Assembly (NCBI GenBank): GCA_964573805.1 | Contig: CAZNKP010000028.1 | Span: 17,791 to 81,790, forward strand | Reading direction: 5' to 3' | DNA from: an uncultured Desulfobacterales bacterium | GTDB taxonomy: Bacteria > Desulfobacterota > Dissulfuribacteria > Dissulfuribacterales > QOAL01 | DNA length: 64,000 nucleotides | The notes under the pieces: generated by a model | What the model was told of the DNA's origin: nothing | Database searches by the model: none | The model's input: the letters and a program-made list of their open reading frames with translations, nothing else | Translations under genes and position numbers: made by a program | Part shown: piece after piece, positions 8,673 through 17,259 of the stretch | Layout of the letters: every line of letters starts with the position of its first letter | Position numbering within the stretch: position 1 is the stretch's first letter

Positions 8673-9308
8673 TCACTCAACCTTTTCCTTAACTCTTTTT
8701 TCAAAATCAGGATGAACAGGATATCCAAACTCTTTTGCCTTTTCCATCTCCTGCCTTGCCCTGTTATAGTCTCCGCTAAAATAACATGCTACTGCAAGAT
8801 TATTCCTGGCAAGTCCAAAACGTGGAGACAGACTGACTGCCTTTTCTGCCAAGGCAACAGCACGCTCAAGATTGTCAAGTTCTATAAGGACGGAGGACAG
8901 ATTAATCAAAGCGGGTACCATTTCTGGTTTAATATCAAGGGCCTGCTCAAAATAATTGGCAGCCTCCGCCCACCTGCTCAGTTGCATATAGGCCGAACCT
9001 ATATTTGCCATAGCCTCAGCAGAGCCTGGATGAGCCTTCAACGCCTCCATATTTTCCCTGATTCCATCTTCTAGACGTCCCATTTGGAAAAAGAGGGTGC
9101 CGAGATTTATCCTGACCTCATAGGAAGTGGGATCTATCTCCAAGGCCTTTTGAAAAGATGTTATTGCATCTTCTAAACGGTTTGCCCGCCAATATGCAAG
9201 GGCTAAGCGATGATGCGCTACTACTGAATTGGGATTTTCTCTCGTTTCTTTTTCTAAATCTTTAATTATCTGTTTTATATCACCACTTTTTATAGGATTC
9301 TGTGTCAT
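8673..9308 (-). CDS. Tetratricopeptide (TPR) repeat protein
   Basis: 211 aa of consecutive 34-aa TPR units (AxxxxxxAL..dP pattern). Lies 9 nt upstream of the HEAT/TPR gene, so they are probably co-transcribed. Confidence 0.75.
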   Translation of the reverse strand: MTQNPIKSGDIKQIIKDLEKETRENPNSVVAHHRLALAYWRANRLEDAITSFQKALEIDPTSYEVRINLGTLFFQMGRLEDGIRENMEALKAHPGSAEAMANIGSAYMQLSRWAEAANYFEQALDIKPEMVPALINLSSVLIELDNLERAVALAEKAVSLSPRFGLARNNLAVACYFSGDYNRARQEMEKAKEFGYPVHPDFEKRVKEKVE

Positions 9309-9429
9309 TTTTCCTCCTAGCTAAGGACACACGTGTAGATTTTCTTACTAAGAAGTGCCATAATCTAACATATACAACAAGGATTTACATAACAAATTGC
9401 ACATTATGCAGAGGAATTCAAAAAACGAT

Positions 9430-9600
9430 ATGATCCTTACTTGCAAATTTTGTGGGGGTCCGGCTGTAATTTGCGGTAGGTGAGCAAATGCTACTGTTAC
9501 CTGCAAGGATTGCGGGATGACCCTGCCGGCTAAACACTATACCAAAGAAATTGAAGAGATGAAGGAAAACCTTATCAAGTCCCTTGACACAGATAAATAA
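9430..9600 (+). CDS. Candidate small selenoprotein (CxxC / CxxU / CxxC), requires decoding of TGA 9481-9483 as Sec
   Basis: Reads MILTCKFCGGPAVICGR-TGA-ANATVTCKDCGMTLPAKHYTKEIEEMKENLIKSLDTDK-TAA. AGAGGA lies at 9410-9415, and in-frame ATG 9406 is an alternative start. The ORF ends inside terminator 9592-9626. A paralog with TGA at the same column is at 37955-38160. Confidence 0.45.
9496..9521 (+). promoter_or_regulatory. SECIS-like hairpin downstream of TGA 9481
   Basis: GUUACCUGCA / UGCGGG(A)UGAC forms a 10-bp stem with one bulged A and loop AGGAU. The loop starts 22 nt after the UGA and has G at its second position. Confidence 0.4.
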
Positions 9601-9626
9601 GGCGGCTTTAAGCCGCCTTATTTATC
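9592..9626. terminator. Bidirectional terminator shared by the mini-ORF (+) and dsrP (-)
   Basis: Roughly 15-bp perfect stem (GATAAATAAGGCGGC / GCCGCCTTATTTATC). The GC core is flanked by A/T-rich arms on both strands. Confidence 0.7.
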
Positions 9627-9635
9627 CTTAAATTT

Positions 9636-10796
9636 TCAAACCCTTGCCTGTTCTTCCCTGACAGAAATAGCTACCTTATAAAGTATTGTTACAATCAATC
9701 CGCCAACACCCCATATTGCAGCAGCTATAGTAATTTCAGGAAGCGTTGGATGATATTCAGTTATCGTTTCGAATGGGTTTGGAATAAATCCACCGATCAC
9801 TAATCCCACACCCTTGTCAATCCATGTTGCCAAAAATACCGATGCACAGGCCAGAGCCAGCCCCTTTGGATTGCGGCGTATCCTTGGCACTAGCAATAGA
9901 AACACTCCAAAAAGTCCGATGACTATAGCCGCCCTCATAAAGGGAACGAGATTACCATAACCATCAAGACCTGCGAAAAGATATTCTAAAGTATGCATAT
10001 GGCCAGGAATCTGGCTATAAAATGCTGTGAAAAATTCACACCCCATAAAAAACAAATTGGCAATCATTGCATAGCAGACGGTCTTTGCAATAGTCTGAAG
10101 CGCTTCATCACCTGGATCAAACTTGGTAACCTTTCTTACAAAAAGCAGTATCATGATGAGTAGTGCAGGACCTGCTGCAAAGGCCGAAGCAAGAAAACGA
10201 GGTGCCATAATCGCTGTCAACCAAAAATGCCTGCCTGGCAAACCAGCGTACAAGAATGCTGTAACCGTATGGATACTGATTGCCCATGGTATAGAAATAT
10301 AAATAAAGGGTTTTACCCAACCTGGACAGGGCACACCTTTCTTGTCTGCTAATAAGGTATTGTATCCACATATTATGTTGAGTAGCAGATATCCATTTAA
10401 TACTATCATGTCATAAAACAACATCGAATGAGGAGTTGGATGGATAACAACATTGAGCATGCGCATTGGTTGTCCAATATCTACTACAATAAACAGTAAA
10501 CACATGATCACAGCAGCTATTGCCAAAAACTCTCCGAATACAACTATTTTTGCATACTTGGAATAATGGTGGAGATACTTTGGAATCACCACCATGACAC
10601 CTCCTGCAGCCACACCAACAAAGTATGTGAACTGGGCAATATATACACCCCAGGAAATGTCACGACTCATACCTGTTATGCCAAGACCTATCTTGAGCTG
10701 ATAGATGTAGGCCATCATTCCTGCGCCTATAAGGCACAGGAGAAAAATAATCCAGCCCCAATAAACTGATGATCCTTTTAATGCCTTTTCAATCAT
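9636..10796 (-). CDS. dsrP: DsrP, NrfD/PsrC-family integral membrane quinone-interacting subunit
   Basis: 386 aa and highly hydrophobic (about 10 predicted TM helices). Last gene of the dsrMKJOP order. Confidence 0.88.
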   Translation of the reverse strand: MIEKALKGSSVYWGWIIFLLCLIGAGMMAYIYQLKIGLGITGMSRDISWGVYIAQFTYFVGVAAGGVMVVIPKYLHHYSKYAKIVVFGEFLAIAAVIMCLLFIVVDIGQPMRMLNVVIHPTPHSMLFYDMIVLNGYLLLNIICGYNTLLADKKGVPCPGWVKPFIYISIPWAISIHTVTAFLYAGLPGRHFWLTAIMAPRFLASAFAAGPALLIMILLFVRKVTKFDPGDEALQTIAKTVCYAMIANLFFMGCEFFTAFYSQIPGHMHTLEYLFAGLDGYGNLVPFMRAAIVIGLFGVFLLLVPRIRRNPKGLALACASVFLATWIDKGVGLVIGGFIPNPFETITEYHPTLPEITIAAAIWGVGGLIVTILYKVAISVREEQARV

Positions 10797-10808
10797 AATG
10801 CCCTCACA

Positions 10809-11624
10809 CTATATCAGATAGAAGACTGACGGTTTTGTCCCAAGCTCTAACTTGCGCCGAAGCGATATTCTCTCTTTGAGAATCTTGCGCACATTAGAGT
10901 TTGGATCAGCAAGATTACCAAAGAACATGACATCAGGAGCTGCCTCTACACATCCAGGCTGCTTACCCTCAGCCAGCCGCTCTACACAAAAATTGCATTT
11001 TTCTACAACTCCCCTCATTCTCGTTGGAAATCTCTTATTTAGTTTTCTTCCATGGGCCATTTCCTTTTCTAACTGGACCCTTGGATCAAGCCAATTAAAG
11101 CTTCTTGAACCATAAGGACAGGCGGCCATACAAAAACGGCAGCCAATACAGCGGTGGTAATCCTGGGCTACTATACCATCTGGCCTTTTAAAGGTGGCCT
11201 GCACCGGACACACTCTTACACATGGAGGATTGTCACAGTGGTTGCACATTAACAGGAAAGGCATACCTTCAAGGATATGATTATACTCATTGTAGCTGTC
11301 AGTAAAGACATGCTCGTATTCATCCTCCCAAACCCACTTGATGTCGTTTTTAGGATCATTCCAGTTAGGCACATTGTGGAGATGATGGCATGTATGAATA
11401 ATTTTCTCTGCCTTTTCCTTATTAAGGGCCATTACATCTATTAACATTGCCCAGCGAACCTTTGGCCCTGCCTCTTGGTTATGACCTTCATGGCCATGAG
11501 CCTCATGGGCCATCTCGGCCTCTACTGTCCCCGGCTTAAGCAGCTCAAAAATTCCCTTTCCTCCAAGACCAACCAGTGCAGTAACACCAGCGGCCTTTAA
11601 GAATTTCCTTCTATCCATGCTCAT
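10809..11624 (-). CDS. dsrO: DsrO, periplasmic 4Fe-4S ferredoxin-like subunit (Tat signal)
   Basis: Twin-arginine signal (MSMDRRKFLKAAG). Cys clusters CNHCDNPPCVRVCP, CIGCRFCMAACP and CNFC. ATG 11624 overlaps the dsrJ stop as ATGA; the track start at 11663 is probably too long. Confidence 0.88.
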   Translation of the reverse strand: MSMDRRKFLKAAGVTALVGLGGKGIFELLKPGTVEAEMAHEAHGHEGHNQEAGPKVRWAMLIDVMALNKEKAEKIIHTCHHLHNVPNWNDPKNDIKWVWEDEYEHVFTDSYNEYNHILEGMPFLLMCNHCDNPPCVRVCPVQATFKRPDGIVAQDYHRCIGCRFCMAACPYGSRSFNWLDPRVQLEKEMAHGRKLNKRFPTRMRGVVEKCNFCVERLAEGKQPGCVEAAPDVMFFGNLADPNSNVRKILKERISLRRKLELGTKPSVFYLI

Positions 11625-12019
11625 AGCTTGCTCCCGTTTGGATCGTAATGACAATCCCAGCAATAGGGTTCCACACCTGCATAGTTATGACACTTGTCAC
11701 AAAATTCCTTTTTATTGGAGTGACATTTCATACATGTATTCTGTAGACTGATCCAGATCTTTTTGCCTTCCCTATTCACATACCACCTGTTACCATCTCT
11801 AAGCGCCTGGTCACGCCAGTCGTTGAGAAACTGCATATGTGTCGTAATCATAAAATGCGTGTCCTCTACGCACTTCTTCTGTGCTAGGGCCCTTATGGCT
11901 GGTGTATCTAGATTCGGTTTGGGCTGTGGCGCAGCAGTACCTCGATTGTAAAGGAAGGGAAACAAAAAGATACACGCAAAGACTGCAAGACCTATTATGA
12001 CCTTCCCTGAATCATACAT
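11621..12019 (-). CDS. dsrJ: DsrJ, periplasmic triheme cytochrome c
   Basis: 132 aa with an N-terminal membrane anchor and three CxxCH heme motifs (CMKCH, CDKCH, CWDCH). Confidence 0.9.
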   Translation of the reverse strand: MYDSGKVIIGLAVFACIFLFPFLYNRGTAAPQPKPNLDTPAIRALAQKKCVEDTHFMITTHMQFLNDWRDQALRDGNRWYVNREGKKIWISLQNTCMKCHSNKKEFCDKCHNYAGVEPYCWDCHYDPNGSKL

Positions 12020-13646
12020 CTTCTGTTACCTCCTCACCTTCTGCCTTAGCAAAGCCAGGTATTTCTTCGCCTCGAAGGTCTGTGGGTCGATCATGTTCAC
12101 CCTCCATTATCAACGCATTGCCTACCAATTCAGATACCCCACAGACATTCACATCTGGCACCCAGTACTCCATAGAAGCCGGAAGCACAGCTCTGTCAAT
12201 AGCACAAACACACGAAAGCATATTTACACCAAAGCGCTCATGCACATATTTGACTGCGTTCGCCCTAGGAAGACCTCCCCTGAGTCTGAGTTCCATATTT
12301 TCTCCAGCGTTTAAACCTGCACCGCTTCCGCAACAAAATGTCTGCTCCCGTATAGTATTTTCAGGCATTTCATAGAAATTGTTACAAACATTCTTTATGA
12401 CATAACGGGGTTCCTCAAACATTCCCATACCACGAGATGGATTGCATGAATCGTGATAGGTAACCTTTAGATGATCGTTTCTTTTTGGATTAAGTTTCAA
12501 CTTGCCATGTTTTATGAGATCTGCGGTAAATTCGGATATATGAACCATCTTTGCCGACTTGGCATTTTCGAACTTGGTACCTGTCAATGGATTCACTGGC
12601 TCCTCCAAAAAATCAGGAGGACCATTAAAGGTGTTCATGTACTGATGAACCACACGCCACATATGTCCACATTCACCACCCAGGATCCATTTCACCCCAA
12701 GCCTCTTGGCCTCTGCATATATCTTGGCATTTAACCTTTGAGCCATCTCCAGAGATGTAAAGAATCCAAAATTTCCGCCCTCGCTGGCATAGGTACTCCA
12801 TGTATAATCAAGCCCTATATGCTCAAAAAGCAATAGATAACCCATAAGGGTATAGATTCCCGGATCAGCAAAAACGTCACCAGAAGGGGTAACAAAAAGG
12901 ATCTCGGCTCCCTTGCGATTAAATGGAGGCTCCACATTAATCCCGACAAATTCCTCAATATCCATACACATAAATTCTATATTTTGCTTGAATGTATGAG
13001 GAAGAAGACCGAGGTGGTTTCCTGTTTCATAACAGTTGGCCACAGGCTCTTGGATCCAATTGATATTTAAACCAAATAGATTTATAAGCTCACGGCCAAT
13101 GATGGTGACCTCTGCCGTATCTATTCCGTACGGACAAAAAAGAGAACATCTCCGACATTCGGTACATTGAAACATATAGTACCAAATTTCCTTCAAGACA
13201 TCCTCGGTAAGCTTTCTGCCTCCTGCGAGCCTTCCTAAAATCTGACCTGCCTTAGTAAACTCTCCCCTGTAAACGGACCTCAGAAGCTCTGCCCTTGCAA
13301 CAGGCATGTTTTTAGGATCTCCCGACCCCAAAAAGAAATGACATTTATCAGCACAGGCACCGCACCTAACACAGATATCCATAAAAATCTTAAAAGAACG
13401 ATGCTTGTCGAGCCTCTCTCTCATGCCCTGCAGGAAGGTCTCTTTCCAATCATCTGGCAGACCCCAGTCATCATCCAATGGACTCCAAACGTGCGGATTG
13501 GGCATTCCCACTATCTCTACCTTTTCTGGCTTAGCCGGATAACAATAAATTCCAGGCTTTATAACGGTAGGGATATCCATCCAGTCCTTATTAGGGGGAG
13601 TAAGGTCTATCCTCAACATTTCTTGGGGTGTTAGTTCTTTAGCCAT
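12012..13646 (-). CDS. dsrK: DsrK, HdrD-like catalytic iron-sulfur subunit
   Basis: Ferredoxin motifs CVRCGACADKC and CTECRRCSLFCP plus a CCG domain (FCCGSGAG). Overlaps the dsrJ start by 8 nt. Confidence 0.92.
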   Translation of the reverse strand: MAKELTPQEMLRIDLTPPNKDWMDIPTVIKPGIYCYPAKPEKVEIVGMPNPHVWSPLDDDWGLPDDWKETFLQGMRERLDKHRSFKIFMDICVRCGACADKCHFFLGSGDPKNMPVARAELLRSVYRGEFTKAGQILGRLAGGRKLTEDVLKEIWYYMFQCTECRRCSLFCPYGIDTAEVTIIGRELINLFGLNINWIQEPVANCYETGNHLGLLPHTFKQNIEFMCMDIEEFVGINVEPPFNRKGAEILFVTPSGDVFADPGIYTLMGYLLLFEHIGLDYTWSTYASEGGNFGFFTSLEMAQRLNAKIYAEAKRLGVKWILGGECGHMWRVVHQYMNTFNGPPDFLEEPVNPLTGTKFENAKSAKMVHISEFTADLIKHGKLKLNPKRNDHLKVTYHDSCNPSRGMGMFEEPRYVIKNVCNNFYEMPENTIREQTFCCGSGAGLNAGENMELRLRGGLPRANAVKYVHERFGVNMLSCVCAIDRAVLPASMEYWVPDVNVCGVSELVGNALIMEGEHDRPTDLRGEEIPGFAKAEGEEVTEDV

Positions 13647-13664
13647 GATACCTTTCCCTTTTGA

Positions 13665-14660
13665 TTATTCTCTCTCAAGTGGTAGTCCTGCTTCCTTCAT
13701 ATACTCTCTGTACATATCTTCATACTCTTCGTAGGAATGAAACTTGGGTGGTCGCCTCCAAGGATTCTCATGATAGGCCATCCTGTTTATGTTAGCCAAG
13801 TTCCTGGTAGGACTCATGAATACACCTCCCATATGCATGAGCTTACTAAAGGGGAAATATGCAAGGAGGGTGCATACCAAAGCCAAATGGACAAAGAATA
13901 TTGCGCCTATTCCCTTAGGAACAACGGGATGAAAACTTGCTATCCCAGTAGCCAAGGCCTTTACAGCAGTTATATCCACTCTAAAGACGAATCTCATAAG
14001 AAGACCGCTTATAACAATCCCCAATATTAGAAAGAGCGGAAAATAATCTGCAGCCAGGGATATAAATCTGACCTTTGGCAAACACAATCTTCTGATAAGC
14101 AACCCCGAGACGGCCAGCAAAATAATTATATCTGTAAGATAAAGCGGAGGGATGCCTATCTGGAACATTCCGTCAACTGCATCCAAGGTCTCAACAAAAC
14201 CGGGGATGGGATAAACAAATAGACGTAAATGCCGTAACGCAATAATAAGAAATGAATAATGAAAGCTTAAAGCAAGCAACCATAGCCACTTAGATGGAGA
14301 ATGAATAAGCCAACCAGAACGGAGATCCGTTCTCATATTCCTAAAGAGGGAACGAAAGAGGAACACCTCAAAAAACATCCTCAAAAGGACCCCTCCGGTT
14401 GTACTTGGATTTTCTATTTTGGACCACTTAATCCATGGCAATGAATACTCTTGGCCTGCCGTTGTAGGGATACGAAAGGGCACTGGAGACTTAGCCCAAT
14501 AGATTACCTTTGCTATAAAACCGAACAGAAAAACAGCAAAGGTAATATAGAGCAGAGCCACGCTAAACAAGGGCTGCAAAAAGGGAATAGATCCCCCTAC
14601 AAGAGCCACTGCCACAATTGCCAAGACTACTGCTAGTGGGAACAATATACGCGCTGCCAT
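13665..14660 (-). CDS. dsrM: DsrM, NarI-like membrane diheme cytochrome b
   Basis: 331 aa with 5-6 TM helices. First gene of the MKJOP order, directly after the dsrT-like gene. Confidence 0.88.
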   Translation of the reverse strand: MAARILFPLAVVLAIVAVALVGGSIPFLQPLFSVALLYITFAVFLFGFIAKVIYWAKSPVPFRIPTTAGQEYSLPWIKWSKIENPSTTGGVLLRMFFEVFLFRSLFRNMRTDLRSGWLIHSPSKWLWLLALSFHYSFLIIALRHLRLFVYPIPGFVETLDAVDGMFQIGIPPLYLTDIIILLAVSGLLIRRLCLPKVRFISLAADYFPLFLILGIVISGLLMRFVFRVDITAVKALATGIASFHPVVPKGIGAIFFVHLALVCTLLAYFPFSKLMHMGGVFMSPTRNLANINRMAYHENPWRRPPKFHSYEEYEDMYREYMKEAGLPLERE

Positions 14661-14675
14661 ACCTACTCCTCTAAA

Positions 14676-15251
14676 TTAATGTTGGGTTATCTCTTTTTTT
14701 AGTTTCTCAAGATGCTTAATGCCACGCTTCATCATATAGGAAGGACACATACCTCCTGCAAGCAGATACGGTCTCTTCAAAAGGTCATTCCGCTTAATCT
14801 CCCAAACTCTCTCGCGGCACTCCATAAAGACGTCAAAAGCCAAGAGGCCAAACCTGTCTATCTCTGATTCAAAATCAAGATACTCCTTTAAAAGGCCCTT
14901 TTTCTGAGCCAAAGGCAATACCTCTTTTCTTACAATGGGCTTAAGGGCAAAAATTATCTGCACTGCACTTGCAGGAGTAAAATCTTGCACTGCCCTAACC
15001 CTCACTAAATTGTCTAGGAGCTTCTTCGTAGTGACTGGATCGGGCTCTTTCATTAATTGATCAAAAAGAGGCCAAATACTCTCTTCTATAGAGGAACCAA
15101 TAGGATTAGAGAATCTATCCTTCTCTCTCTTCAGAAACTGTGCTGTTTCAGGGGGATAGGATTTATGGATTTGTTCCCTCCACTTCTCAACTATCTGGCC
15201 CTTTTTCTGCATCAGGATCTCCCTAAACCCCTTATGCCAATTTCTCCCCAC
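14676..15251 (-). CDS. dsrT: DsrT-like protein (RsbRD N-terminal domain family)
   Basis: Motif run IVEKWREQIHKSYPPETAQFLKREKDRFSNPIG matches RsbRD_N-type proteins found upstream of dsrMK in sulfate reducers, as I recall. GTG 15251 has AAGGAGG 5 nt upstream. The track start at 15338 would lie about 11 nt from the predicted TSS and has no SD. Confidence 0.6.
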   Translation of the reverse strand: MGRNWHKGFREILMQKKGQIVEKWREQIHKSYPPETAQFLKREKDRFSNPIGSSIEESIWPLFDQLMKEPDPVTTKKLLDNLVRVRAVQDFTPASAVQIIFALKPIVRKEVLPLAQKKGLLKEYLDFESEIDRFGLLAFDVFMECRERVWEIKRNDLLKRPYLLAGGMCPSYMMKRGIKHLEKLKKEITQH

Positions 15252-15355
15252 AAATGCCTCCTTATGAAAAGAGATTCTAGGGTAACGTATACCCTTGCAT
15301 TCCTCCCCAGCAGACAATAACTGCCAATGAATGACCATTCAGGCGACAGTTTCTA

Positions 15356-15384
15356 TCTATAGACAAAAAGAGCTTGTGTGTCAA
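15356..15384 (-). promoter_or_regulatory. Candidate sigma70-type promoter of dsrT-dsrMKJOP
   Basis: Minus strand reads TTGACA (15384-15379), a 17-nt spacer, then TATAGA (15361-15356). Confidence 0.45.
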
Positions 15385-15469
15385 GTCACTAATTCAACCC
15401 AACCAATATGCATTAGCAATTCAGCTTGAAAAACCAAGCAGTTGGACGTACTGTGAATGTAAATTGAAC

Positions 15470-15485
15470 ATGAAAAATTTTTCAT
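15470..15485. promoter_or_regulatory. Perfect 16-bp palindrome ATGAAAAATTTTTCAT in the dsrT / radical-SAM divergent region
   Basis: Has the ATGAA-N6-TTCAT architecture, the same as the core (5674-5689) of the 42-nt palindrome upstream of dsrA. Lies 29 nt before GTG 15514. Confidence 0.3.
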
Positions 15486-15513
15486 TTGCACCTTAAAAAT
15501 CTAAGGATATGGC

Positions 15514-17250
15514 GTGAAAGTAACCTTCGTAAATCCATACTGTTTAGACCCAAGGGTTCAAGACTACGATATTCGGATCCCTCCAATAGGTCTCTATTAC
15601 TTGGCCTCTGTTCTTATCGAGCTTGGACACGACTGCACCATACTCAATTGGTTCTCTATGCAAAACCAATACGAGTATATGGAGCAAGAACTTAGGCGGT
15701 TGGCACCCGATATTGTGGCTATTTCTATACTTCATGCGAACAGATGGGGAGGAATAGATATAGCGCGGTTATCCAAAAAAGTTTCTCCCACAACTCCTGT
15801 CATCTTTGGAGGGCCAGGTGCTACCTTCCTTTGGCGACACCTTTTGAGCAACTTTCATGAAATCGATGCCATTGTCATGGGAGAAGGCGAAAATACCATG
15901 GCTGAACTTGTTCAAAGGATCGAAACAAAAGGACTGGTGAACCTAAAAAACATTGCCGGAATTGCCTTTAAACAGCATGGACTACCTTTTAAGTCAGCCC
16001 CAAGGCCTTTCATCAAAGATCTTGACACCCTACCTGACCCATCCATTCACTTTTCTTTTCAGCATGTGATTTCATCAAGAGGATGCCCGTGGAACTGTTC
16101 TTTTTGCGGATCGCCAAAGATTTGGAAGAGAACCGTTCGCTTCCATAGCAGCGGCTATTTCGTACAACAGCTTAAAAACCTATACAGACAGGGACAGAAA
16201 TTTTTCTTTGTCTCTGATGATACCTTTACCTTAAAAAAAGACAGGGTGATATCTATCTGTAAAGGCATTATTGAGGCAGATCTACCAATAGAATGGGCTG
16301 CAATATCCAGAGTCAACATAATAGACGAGGAAATACTTTACTGGATGAGAAGAGCAGGTTGCATACAGATTAGTTATGGCGTAGAAAGTGGTTCAGCCAA
16401 AATCAGAAAGGTATTAAACAAGAATATAACAAATAAAGAAATACTCCGGGCTTTCAAGCTAACAAAGTCCTATGGCATAATGCCGAGGGCCTACTTCATT
16501 TACGGAAGTCCTGGCGAAAGCAAGGATACCATCAACGAATCCGTGAAGCTGATAAAAAGGATGGGGCCCCTTGGCGCTATCTTTTACATATTAGACATCT
16601 TTCCAGGCACAAAACTTTACGAAGACTTCAAAAAAAGGACTGGGGTAGATGATGACATCTGGCTCAAAAGGATAGAAGACATTATGTATTTTGAGACAGA
16701 TCCCCAGATCAACCAGGAAAAGATCCTAAGATACGGCAAAATCCTAAGAAAGGCCTTTTATTCCAGACTGCCAAGTTTTGCCTTGAATCTAAAACTCAAA
16801 GATATTGCCGAACTCGCCCCGCACCATGCGTCCTTTTTGTCGAGGCTCGGCATGACCTTCGCATTTGGTGACTATTCAAAGATACGCCAGATTCCAAATA
16901 AGTTTGAAACTGCTATCAAACTCTTTAAAAAGGCCTTGGCCATATTCCCAGATCACAGGGCCTTTTTGGGACTAGCGATAATGTACCAAAAAAAAGGCAA
17001 CCATCCCAAGGCAATTCAAATAGCCAAAGAAGGCCTAAAACACTTCCCAAACTCTGTACAACTGTGCGGATGCATTGGTATCAGTTACATGAATCTGGGA
17101 AATTTTCAGGAGGCCATCGGTTTTTTAACAAGAGGCGAATCTTCGCTCCAAAACCTCCAATATGCCATAAATTGTGCCAAGGCCTTGGGAGATAAACAGT
17201 TATTTTTAGAGATTGAAAAACGTATAACAGATATGGAACGGCCTTGTTAA
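15514..17250 (+). CDS. B12-binding-domain radical SAM protein with C-terminal TPR repeats
   Basis: N-terminal Rossmann-like B12-binding region (DIVAISIL...VIFGGPGATF), radical SAM CxxxCxxC (SSRGCPWNCSFCGS) and a TPR tail (FPDHRAFLGLAIMYQKKGNHPKAIQIAKEGL). GTG start. Confidence 0.8.
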   Translation: MKVTFVNPYCLDPRVQDYDIRIPPIGLYYLASVLIELGHDCTILNWFSMQNQYEYMEQELRRLAPDIVAISILHANRWGGIDIARLSKKVSPTTPVIFGGPGATFLWRHLLSNFHEIDAIVMGEGENTMAELVQRIETKGLVNLKNIAGIAFKQHGLPFKSAPRPFIKDLDTLPDPSIHFSFQHVISSRGCPWNCSFCGSPKIWKRTVRFHSSGYFVQQLKNLYRQGQKFFFVSDDTFTLKKDRVISICKGIIEADLPIEWAAISRVNIIDEEILYWMRRAGCIQISYGVESGSAKIRKVLNKNITNKEILRAFKLTKSYGIMPRAYFIYGSPGESKDTINESVKLIKRMGPLGAIFYILDIFPGTKLYEDFKKRTGVDDDIWLKRIEDIMYFETDPQINQEKILRYGKILRKAFYSRLPSFALNLKLKDIAELAPHHASFLSRLGMTFAFGDYSKIRQIPNKFETAIKLFKKALAIFPDHRAFLGLAIMYQKKGNHPKAIQIAKEGLKHFPNSVQLCGCIGISYMNLGNFQEAIGFLTRGESSLQNLQYAINCAKALGDKQLFLEIEKRITDMERPC

Positions 17251-17259
17251 ATTATAATC

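Noticed and set aside
9406-9600. Treating the mini-ORF as a plain 17-25 aa peptide or a decayed Lar-like zinc-ribbon pseudogene that ends at TGA 9481.
   Set aside because: Not fully excluded, but disfavoured for three reasons. The post-TGA frame stays open to the terminator. It contains a further CxxCG. A diverged paralog keeps TGA at the same column with a hairpin at SECIS distance.
14676-15338. The track start at 15338 for the dsrT-like gene (220 aa).
   Set aside because: The predicted promoter (-10 at 15356-15361) would leave about 11 nt and no SD. GTG 15251 has AAGGAGG at ideal spacing, and the RsbRD_N-like homology starts just after it.
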